Assembly (NCBI GenBank): GCA_964482725.1
Contig: CAYZYT010000001.1
Span: forward strand, 186,061-250,060
DNA from: an uncultured bacterium
Lineage (GTDB): Bacteria; Omnitrophota; Omnitrophia; Omnitrophales; Aquincolibacteriaceae
Reading direction: 5' to 3'
DNA: 64,000 nt
Part shown: in pieces, positions 1 to 6,765 of the stretch
Position numbering within the stretch: position 1 is the first letter of the stretch
Layout of the letters: every line of letters starts with the position of its first letter
Translations under genes and position numbers: made by a program
Notes under the pieces: generated by a model
What the model saw: only the letters and a program-made list of their open reading frames with translations
Databases searched by the model: none
What the model was told of the DNA's origin: nothing

Positions 1-215
1 ACGGATCCGCTTTTTTTGATTCGACAGGAACTTTCGCCGGAGCAATCGAAGGAGGATCCGGTTTTCTCGATTCGACAGAGGTTTGCCATTTGACAGTCGA
101 AGACAGGACTGGTTTTTTCGATTCGGCAGGAGGTTGCGCTTGGGCCGCCGAAACCGGGTCAGTTTTTTTTGATTCGCCAGAAGTTTGCGGCTGGACCGCC
201 GAAGACGGGTAAGGA
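1..215. repeat. Tandem direct repeat, 4 units of about 51 bp. Each unit has a conserved TTTTTTYGATTCGNCAGRAR..TTTGC half and a more variable half.
   Basis: Units begin near positions 10, 62, 113 and 163. They lie in-frame inside the partial CDS above. Confidence 0.7.
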
Positions 216-403
216 ATATTTTTAACGAGAATATTTCTCGCAGAGGCTTCAAAACTCGGAGGATTTTTTTCGGACGAAAAACTCGATAAGACCCCGGTGC
301 TCTGCGTTGTCTTTGTGGGTTCGTTGCTTGCCGCGTCTTCGGATTGCGCCCAAGCAGCATTCGCCATCAATAATATCCCGATAAGGATCCAGGGCTTTTT
401 CAT
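1..403 (-). CDS. Partial CDS (continues past the window start). It encodes a secreted low-complexity repeat protein: signal peptide MKKPWILIGILLMANAAWA followed by about 17-aa repeats with an ESKK motif, encoded by the 51-bp tandem DNA repeats.
   Basis: Manual minus-strand translation from the ATG (rc of cat at 401-403) gives an open frame with no stop down to position 1. GGAG lies 7 nt upstream of the ATG. The ORF track misses it because there is no stop inside the window. Confidence 0.5.
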   Translation of the reverse strand, partial: MKKPWILIGILLMANAAWAQSEDAASNEPTKTTQSTGVLSSFSSEKNPPSFEASARNILVKNIPYPSSAVQPQTSGESKKTDPVSAAQAQPPAESKKPVLSSTVKWQTSVESRKPDPPSIAPAKVPVESKKADP

Positions 404-496
404 TAATTTTCTCCGCGCAATACTTAAAAATCTCTTAAATTCACGGCTAATCATCCAAGGAAGAGGCTGAGAGCCTACGACCTTCGGGCAATCCGC

Positions 497-679
497 TTAG
501 AACGAATAAGAATTGGGTCTCGCTCCATCCTGGCCGTCGTTCCCTGTCTGCCCTTGAGCCGGAGCTGACCTCGCCTCATAGGCGGTTATGTCATGGAAAC
601 CGGATGTTTCAGCTTCAGAATCCGTCGTGCATCCCGAAAAAACAACGGCAATCATTATGAGGAATAATATTTCCTTCAT
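497..679 (-). CDS. Small lipoprotein. The lipobox-like signal is MKEILFLIMIAVVFSGC. The ORF-track start at 745 is probably an N-terminal over-extension.
   Basis: ORF 497..745 has an internal Met followed by a hydrophobic stretch ending in a FSGC lipobox. No homology is recognised. Confidence 0.35.
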   Translation of the reverse strand: MKEILFLIMIAVVFSGCTTDSEAETSGFHDITAYEARSAPAQGQTGNDGQDGARPNSYSF

Positions 680-752
680 CGGGGTAACCCACTTCGTCCT
701 TTGAATAGGCTGGATCATGTCGCTTGATAATGGGAATCCGGTCATAGCTTTC

Positions 753-1175
753 TCACAGCTTTAACTTTCCATCTTTGCCATACACCTTAAACGTTCCCTC
801 TTGTTTTCCGTCCTTATAAAACGAATGACTCCTTAGCTGTCCATCTCCATAATAGGTCTTAAAGACCCCTTCTAGTTTTCCATCCCTGTAAGACTCCTCT
901 AAAACTAATTGCCCGTTTTCATGATAGGTCTTAAACGGTCCCTCTCGCTTCCCGCTCTTGAAGGCCCCCTCTTTTCTTAACTGCCCACTGTCGTAATACA
1001 CCTTAAACGCTCCCTCGAGCTTTCCGTCTCTGAAGGACTTCTCTGATTTCAGCTTTCCGTTTGCGTAATACTCTCTGAGAAGCTCCTCTCCCCACACGAT
1101 AGGACTCCCTATCAACCCTGAGAAAAGCGCAACTCCGATGAGACCGCGCATAAAAACACCCGCTTTAATATTCAT
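753..1175 (-). CDS. Secreted MORN-repeat protein (repeated YxxGxLxxEgxFKdGKxeG units).
   Basis: N-terminal signal peptide. At least 5 consecutive MORN-like repeats are visible in the translation. Confidence 0.6.
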   Translation of the reverse strand: MNIKAGVFMRGLIGVALFSGLIGSPIVWGEELLREYYANGKLKSEKSFRDGKLEGAFKVYYDSGQLRKEGAFKSGKREGPFKTYHENGQLVLEESYRDGKLEGVFKTYYGDGQLRSHSFYKDGKQEGTFKVYGKDGKLKL

Positions 1176-1486
1176 TTCCGTAGCCCCTCTTCAAAAATAC
1201 CTCGTTAAAATTGAATCGTGATAATTATACCCTTGCTTGAAGGAATTTGGCTAGGCGACTCTTTGCGCAGGCAACCCTTGAGCCTCTTCAAATAAAAACT
1301 CGAAAGTGCCCACAAGGGTATGGGACGAATCAAAAAACAAAAGAGCCACCAGCATCAACTGCGAGTGGCTCTCCGTATGACAAGGGGTACAGACATCGGA
1401 CGGGGCACTCCAAAAGCCCCACCGATGCAGTACCCATTCACACAAAAAAAGCCCTCTCCATTTCTGAAGAAGGCTTTTCGTGAATG

Positions 1487-1503
1487 GGTAGCGGGGGCAG
1501 GAT
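1487..1503. repeat. 17-bp exact direct duplicate (GGTAGCGGGGGCAGGAT) of the 3' end of the downstream tRNA-fMet gene. Reads as an att-like remnant.
   Basis: The identical 17-mer occurs at 1729..1745 inside the tRNA in the same orientation. Confidence 0.6.
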
Positions 1504-1625
1504 CGTGAGCGTAGACGGCTATCCTTATGTCGTCACGCGATCGCACTTGTGCATGGGCACAAGTGTTGAACCGAGCAGGATTTGGCGCCTTCCGCTTCGC
1601 TGCAGGTCGGCTACCCGCCCTATAA

Positions 1626-1648
1626 AAGCAACATCAGTTGCTTTTTTG
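1626..1648 (+). terminator. Rho-independent terminator-like hairpin: AAGCAAC-atcag-GTTGCTT followed by TTTTTTG.
   Basis: 7-bp stem followed by a T6 run on the plus strand. Confidence 0.4.
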
Positions 1649-1690
1649 TACAGGGCTCCCTTCAAATCCTGCCTCGCCCATGCACAAAAA

Positions 1691-1719
1691 ACCCGCCAAG
1701 GAATAAATCCCTGGCGGGT
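1691..1719 (-). terminator. Hairpin CCCGCCAAGG..CCTGGCGGG with a T-run on the minus strand, immediately 3' of tRNA-fMet.
   Basis: Read on the minus strand: AAACCCGCCAGGGATTTATTCCTTGGCGGGTTTTTTG. Confidence 0.5.
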
Positions 1720-1727
1720 TTCTTAAT

Positions 1728-1804
<77 letters not shown>

Positions 1805-2090
1805 ACGGTAATTCTAAAACTTGTCCGCGGGGCTAGCTTTGCTTCGCAGAATTGCCCCGCGACGACGAACATAAGACGGTACTGATTGCGGTATTGTATC
1901 AGCATTTCTTCAGGAATCAATCTTTCCCTTTTTTGTCCTTAAAACATACGCTCCCACCCCGGGCAGGAGGACTTCCCGACCATGGTATTTTTAATCTTGA
2001 GTTTTGGCCCGATTAGCCTAGAATCTTGGCTCTTTGTTGAGAATTTGATCCGAATCACACGTTATCATTTCACATTTAAAGGAGCCCCCC

Positions 2091-3044
2091 ATGTACCGAG
2101 AACAGATCAAAGTATTGGATTGCACGATCCGCGACGGCGGCCTGATGAATAACCATGATTTCGACGACCGCTTCGTCCGCGCCATTTACAAGGCGGTTTC
2201 TGAGGCCGGCATCGACTATATGGAGATCGGCTACAAGAACTCCAGGAAGCTTTTCCCGGGGGAAAAATACGGCGCCTGGAAATTCTGCTCTGACGAGGAT
2301 ATCCGGAAGGTCACGGAAGGGATCCCCTCCAAGACCAAGATCTCGGTCATGGTGGACGTGGACCGCGTGGATCTTGACGATATCAAGCCCAAAAAGGAAA
2401 GCCCCGTGACGATGATCCGCACGGCGTGCTATGTCAAAGACGTGGATAAAGCGATCTACCTCGCCAACCACTTCGCGGACAAAGGTTACGAGACCGCGGT
2501 AAACCTCATGGCGATCTCCAAAGTGCTCGAGGTGGAACTGACCGAATGTCTCCAGCAGCTTGAAAAGGAATGCAAATGCAACGTGGTGTATCTGGTCGAC
2601 TCGAACGGCTCGCTTTATCAGGAAACCGTGGAATACCTGATCAAGAAAGCCAAGAGCATCATCAAGACCAAGGAAGTCGGGATCCACGCGCATAACAATC
2701 AGCAGCTGGCCTTCGGCAACACGATCGAAGCCATCATCCATAACGCGAACTATCTGGACAGCACGATCTTCGGTATGGGACGCGCGGCCGGAAATTGCCC
2801 GACGGAACTGCTGCTGGGATTCCTGAAGAATCCCAAATTCGATATCCGTCCGATCCTGGACGTGATCTCCAAGGAAATGATCCCCCTGAGTAAAAAAGTC
2901 GAGTGGGGCTACGTGATCCCGTACGCCATCACCGGGATCCTGGATGAGCATCCCAAGTCCGCCCTGGAACTCCGCGAAAGCGACAAGAAAGATAATTACC
3001 GCGAATTTTATGACAGTTTCGCGGGGAGTTCCGAGGTCGAATAA
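2091..3044 (+). CDS. DRE-TIM metallolyase / HMGL-like aldolase family protein (pyruvate carboxyltransferase domain).
   Basis: Motifs LDCTIRDGG, GIHAHNN..A.GN and G.GRAAGNCPTE match HMG-CoA-lyase-like aldolases. It is co-directional and adjacent to eda. Confidence 0.6.
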   Translation: MYREQIKVLDCTIRDGGLMNNHDFDDRFVRAIYKAVSEAGIDYMEIGYKNSRKLFPGEKYGAWKFCSDEDIRKVTEGIPSKTKISVMVDVDRVDLDDIKPKKESPVTMIRTACYVKDVDKAIYLANHFADKGYETAVNLMAISKVLEVELTECLQQLEKECKCNVVYLVDSNGSLYQETVEYLIKKAKSIIKTKEVGIHAHNNQQLAFGNTIEAIIHNANYLDSTIFGMGRAAGNCPTELLLGFLKNPKFDIRPILDVISKEMIPLSKKVEWGYVIPYAITGILDEHPKSALELRESDKKDNYREFYDSFAGSSEVE

Positions 3045-3046
3045 AC

Positions 3047-3685
3047 GTGGAACTTCAGAGATTTCGCAAAACTCCCCTGCTCGGGATCTTGCGCGGGATC
3101 ACACCTGCGGAATTAACGCCTCTGTTTGAGACGATCGCCGCTAGCGGCCTCCAGGCTGTTGAGATCACGATGAACACCGAAGGCGCCGCCGGACTCATTC
3201 AAAAGGCGGTCAAGCAGTACGGCAAGAAGCTCATGATCGGAGCGGGAACTGTCCTGACCCTGAAGGATCTCAAGAGCGCACTTCATGCCGGCGCAACTTT
3301 TATCGTCAGCCCCGTCGTCGTCCCGTCCGTGATCAGCTACTGCGCTAAGCACAAGATCCCTGTTTTCCCGGGCGCGCTGGTCCCTCAGGATATTTATGAA
3401 GCGTGGCAAGCGGGGGCAACGATGGTCAAGGTCTTCCCTGCCGGATGTTTCGGACCCGATTATTTTAAGGAGATCAAGGGCCCGTTCCCCCAGATCGAAC
3501 TCCTGGCGTGCGGCGGAGTCACACCCGCAAACACGAAGGCTTATTTCCGGAATGGCGCCGGAGCGATCGCCGTAGGTTCCAGCATCTTCCGAAAGGAATG
3601 GATCGCCACCAAAAAATTTCATCTCATCCGCAACATGATCCAAACCTATCTCAAAGCACTACCCTCAAAAAGCTCGTCATCCTGA
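3047..3685 (+). CDS. eda: KDPG / 4-hydroxy-2-oxoglutarate aldolase (Eda family).
   Basis: The translation matches KDPG aldolase along its length (ILRGITP, VEITMNT, GAGTVLT, FIVSP, ACGGV). It starts 3 nt after the upstream stop. Confidence 0.8.
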   Translation: MELQRFRKTPLLGILRGITPAELTPLFETIAASGLQAVEITMNTEGAAGLIQKAVKQYGKKLMIGAGTVLTLKDLKSALHAGATFIVSPVVVPSVISYCAKHKIPVFPGALVPQDIYEAWQAGATMVKVFPAGCFGPDYFKEIKGPFPQIELLACGGVTPANTKAYFRNGAGAIAVGSSIFRKEWIATKKFHLIRNMIQTYLKALPSKSSSS

Positions 3686-3745
3686 GCACAGCGAAGGATC
3701 TCGAGCGAGATTCTTCTCCCGCCGTTGGCGGGATCAGAATGACGG
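3675..3745. repeat. Dispersed inverted-termini element, family F1 (CGTCATCCTGAGC...GATCAGAATGACGG), copy 1.
   Basis: The termini are inverted copies of each other. Related copies are at 14881, 25142 and 33538. It lies between the convergent eda and uvrB 3' ends. Confidence 0.55.
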
Positions 3746-3771
3746 GTATTTAAAAACCTTCGTTCGCTTCT

Positions 3772-5787
3772 TCAGCATTTCTTTCGTTTCGGTCGTGCGG
3801 CTTTTTTGAGGATGCTTTCTTTGGGATGTTCCCCTTCGATCCGGCGGATCTCGTCGCGATAACGGGCCGCCTTGTCGAACTCGAGAGCCCGGGCGCAAGC
3901 TTCCATGCGTGTTTTAAGGAACGCGAGGTAGTTCTTGGATTCGTATTCTTTCCCGGATTCATGGACCACGTCATGGACGAATTCCTCGGCTTTTTTCCAT
4001 TTTTCGATCCCGTCCTTGATCTCTTTTTGGATCGAGACCGGCGTGATATGGTGCGCGGTATTGTAATCCCCCTGGATCTTGCGGCGGCGCAAGGTCTCGT
4101 CGATCGCGCGTTTCATGGAATCCGTCACTTTATCGCCATACATGATGACCTTGCCGTTGATGTGCCGAGCCGCCCGGCCCGCGATCTGGATAAGCGAGAC
4201 GTCGCTCCGGAGAAAACCTTCCTTGTCCGCATCGAGCACGATCACCAGGGACACCTCCGGCAGATCCAGGCCTTCACGCAGGAGATTTACGCCGATCACA
4301 CAGTCGTATTTTTTGAGACGGAAATCGCGGAGGATCTCGACACGCTCGAACGCATCAAATTCGGAATGGATGTAATGGACCTTGATCCCGAGCTCCTTGA
4401 GATAGCGGCTCAGATCCTCGGCCATTTTCTTGGTAAGCGTCGTCACGATCGTCCGCTCGGATTTTTCCGCACGCGCCCGGACCTCGGCGATCAGATCATC
4501 GATCTGCCCTTCACTGGGGCGCACTTCGATCTCGGGATCCATGAGCCCCGTCGGGCGAATGACCTGCTCCGCCACGTCTTTCACGCGGCCCGTCTCGTAA
4601 GGCCCCGGCGTTGCAGAAACATAAAGACATTGGTTCAGTTTGGCTTCAAATTCCGGGAATCGAAGAGGCCGGTTATCCAGCGCGGACGGCAGCCGGAACC
4701 CATGATCGACCAGCACTTTCTTGCGCGAGGCGTCGCCGTTGAACATGCCGCGGATCTGCGGCACGCTTTGATGCGACTCGTCAATGATCACCAGAAAATC
4801 CTTGGGAAAATAGTCGATCAGCGTGTAAGGCGTAGAACCCGCAGCCCGGCCCGACAAATGGCGCGAATAATTCTCCACTCCGGAGCAATAGCCGACTTCT
4901 TTGAGCATCTCCAGATCATAGTAGGTGCGCGATTCCAGGCGCTTGGCCTCAAGATCCTGGCCCGCTTCGGTGAGCTTCTTGACATGCTCTTTCATTTCCG
5001 CTTCGATCGACACGATCGCGGCTTCGAGCCGCTCGCCCGGCGTCACAAAATGTTTGGCGGGATAGATCGCGAGCTTCTCGATCTCCCGGATCGCCGAAAG
5101 CTTCACGGGATCGAGAAGCGTGATCCGTTCAATGGATTCGGCTCCAAAATCTATTCGATACGGGTTCTGTCCATAAGAGGGTAAAAGGTCGATCCTGCCA
5201 CCCCTCACGCGAAACGTCCCGCGCCGAAGTTCCGTCTCCACTCTTTCATATTGAAGACTGATCAGACTTGAAAGGAATTTGTCCCGGTCCGCGATCTCGC
5301 CTTTCGTGATCGTGATGAGAAGTCCCTGCCAGTCCTCCGGGGCTCCGAGACCGTAGATACAGGAAACACTCGAGACGATGATGCAGTCTTTGCGCGAGAG
5401 GATGGAGCTGGTCGCGGAAAGGCGCAGGCGGTCGAGATCTTCATTGATCGATGCGTCTTTTTCAATGTAGGTGTCCGTGTGCGGGATATACGCTTCGGGC
5501 TGATAATAATCGTAATAGGACACGAAATATTCGACGGCATTTTCCGGGAAGAATTCCTTGAGCTCGGAATAAAGCTGTGCCGCGAGGGTTTTATTGTGCG
5601 AGATAAGAAGCGTGGGCTTGCCAAGTTGGGCGATCACATGCGCCATCGTGAACGTCTTGCCGGAACCGGTGACGCCTTTGAGGACCTGTTCTTTTTTCCC
5701 CGCCCGGAATCCTTCCACCAGCTGCCGGATCGCCTCGGGTTGATCGCCGCAGGGTTTCATAGAGGAAGTTAATTTAAAATCGCTCAT
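3772..5787 (-). CDS. uvrB: Excinuclease ABC subunit B.
   Basis: Full-length UvrB homology (GDQP, Walker A GVTGSGKT, helicase motifs, C-terminal UvrB/UvrC coiled coil). Start chosen at MSDFKL with AGAGG 7 nt upstream. The ORF-track start at 5802 is an extension. Confidence 0.9.
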   Translation of the reverse strand: MSDFKLTSSMKPCGDQPEAIRQLVEGFRAGKKEQVLKGVTGSGKTFTMAHVIAQLGKPTLLISHNKTLAAQLYSELKEFFPENAVEYFVSYYDYYQPEAYIPHTDTYIEKDASINEDLDRLRLSATSSILSRKDCIIVSSVSCIYGLGAPEDWQGLLITITKGEIADRDKFLSSLISLQYERVETELRRGTFRVRGGRIDLLPSYGQNPYRIDFGAESIERITLLDPVKLSAIREIEKLAIYPAKHFVTPGERLEAAIVSIEAEMKEHVKKLTEAGQDLEAKRLESRTYYDLEMLKEVGYCSGVENYSRHLSGRAAGSTPYTLIDYFPKDFLVIIDESHQSVPQIRGMFNGDASRKKVLVDHGFRLPSALDNRPLRFPEFEAKLNQCLYVSATPGPYETGRVKDVAEQVIRPTGLMDPEIEVRPSEGQIDDLIAEVRARAEKSERTIVTTLTKKMAEDLSRYLKELGIKVHYIHSEFDAFERVEILRDFRLKKYDCVIGVNLLREGLDLPEVSLVIVLDADKEGFLRSDVSLIQIAGRAARHINGKVIMYGDKVTDSMKRAIDETLRRRKIQGDYNTAHHITPVSIQKEIKDGIEKWKKAEEFVHDVVHESGKEYESKNYLAFLKTRMEACARALEFDKAARYRDEIRRIEGEHPKESILKKAARPKRKKC

Positions 5788-5797
5788 AAAACCTCTG

Positions 5798-5872
5798 GCC
5801 ACACGTCACAGGCCACATGCCACACGATGGTTTTTCGTGTGTCCTTGTAGCTTTGTGACATTCCTGTGACCT
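5798..5872. repeat. Structured element family F5 (CACATGCC.CACGA...TGTGTCCTTGT.GC.TTG), copy A, immediately upstream of the uvrB start.
   Basis: About 45 nt are alignable with copy B at 59806..59880, upstream of ispE. It contains an inverted repeat. Confidence 0.5.
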
Positions 5873-5874
5873 GT

Positions 5875-6765
5875 TCAATCGATCAAAAGAGAGAAATCGA
5901 CGGCTTTGACGGAATGGGTGAGAGACCCGACGGAGATAGTGTCCACCCCGGCGGCAGCGAACTTGCGGACATTCTCGAAGGTAATACCGCCCGAGGCTTC
6001 GAGGTTGACCCCGGGAGCTTCCTTGCGTACGATCTCCACCGCCCGCTTGGCTTCTTTAGGCGAAAAATTGTCGAGGAGAATAACCTTGGGACGCAACCCG
6101 ATCGCTTCCCAAAGCTCGCCGAGACTTCGCACTTCAATCTCGAAAGCGCCGGGATGGCGCCGGAGTTTTTTGAGGTCCCCGTGGATCCGGTGGTTCTCTT
6201 TGATAAAGATAAACTCATCAAGCCCCTGCCGGTGGTTCCGGCCGCCCCCCACCTGCACGGCCACCTTTTCCAGCTCACGCCAGATCGGGGTGGTCTTGCG
6301 GGTGTCCAGAATAAACGCCGGATATTTTTTGACACGGTTCACGAATTGACGCGTCTTGGTCGCGATCCCTGAAAGATGCCCGATAAAATTCACCATCGTC
6401 CGCTCGGTCTTGAGGATCGAGCGGATATTTCCTCGCATTTTAAAAACGATCTTCCCCGGTCGGAGCTTACCGCCGTTATGCACCCGGAATTCGAGCTTCA
6501 CTTGGGGGTCGACGATCTTAAAGATCTCCCGGACGAGACGCTCCCCGCAGAAAATGCCGTGTGCCTTGGCGATCACGCGGGCCGTTCCCCGAGCATGCGG
6601 GGGGATCAGCAAATTGGAAGTAACGTCTCCCTGCCCGATGTCCTCATGAAGCGCCTCCTTGAGAAAGCCAAGCGTCCGGCGCGACACCGGCAACGGATGG
6701 CCCGGGAAACCGCCTTTAGAAACTGGCGAGTTGGCTGTGGTAGGATACGAGAAGTTTTTTGGCAT
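5875..6765 (-). CDS. nadC: Nicotinate-nucleotide (quinolinate) pyrophosphorylase.
   Basis: A NadC domain is recognisable across the C-terminal 280 aa. The Met start at 6765 overlaps the valS 3' end by about 50 nt. The upstream part of the ORF-track frame is not NadC-like, and a GTG/TTG start further downstream is possible. Confidence 0.7.
   Translation of the reverse strand: MPKNFSYPTTANSPVSKGGFPGHPLPVSRRTLGFLKEALHEDIGQGDVTSNLLIPPHARGTARVIAKAHGIFCGERLVREIFKIVDPQVKLEFRVHNGGKLRPGKIVFKMRGNIRSILKTERTMVNFIGHLSGIATKTRQFVNRVKKYPAFILDTRKTTPIWRELEKVAVQVGGGRNHRQGLDEFIFIKENHRIHGDLKKLRRHPGAFEIEVRSLGELWEAIGLRPKVILLDNFSPKEAKRAVEIVRKEAPGVNLEASGGITFENVRKFAAAGVDTISVGSLTHSVKAVDFSLLID

Noticed and set aside
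1-215. 51-bp repeat array as a possible CRISPR array or plasmid iteron set
   Set aside because: The segments between the conserved cores are themselves semi-conserved. The period of 51 bp is fixed. No cas genes are nearby. The whole array is an open reading frame encoding peptide repeats.
1247-1660. ORFs 1247..1483 and 1320..1508, and a possible RNase P, SRP or tmRNA gene in the 550-bp spacer next to tRNA-fMet
   Set aside because: The ORFs are short, overlap each other, have no RBS and show no homology. I looked for the RNase P P4 motifs, the SRP domain IV motif and a tmRNA tRNA-like 3' end, and found none. The spacer is better explained as an integration-site remnant with terminators.
3826-5184. 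452-aa plus-strand ORF, and many similar long ORFs (e.g. 8114..9442, 19112..20272, 22565..23884, 28490..29248, 30513..31406, 33597..34709, 54406..55200), antisense to strongly homologous genes
   Set aside because: They lie opposite well-supported genes (uvrB, valS, the giant protein, msbA, the PEP-binding protein, carB, carA, prs). Their translations are low-complexity and Arg/Asp/His-rich, typical of high-GC antisense frames. No recognisable domains.
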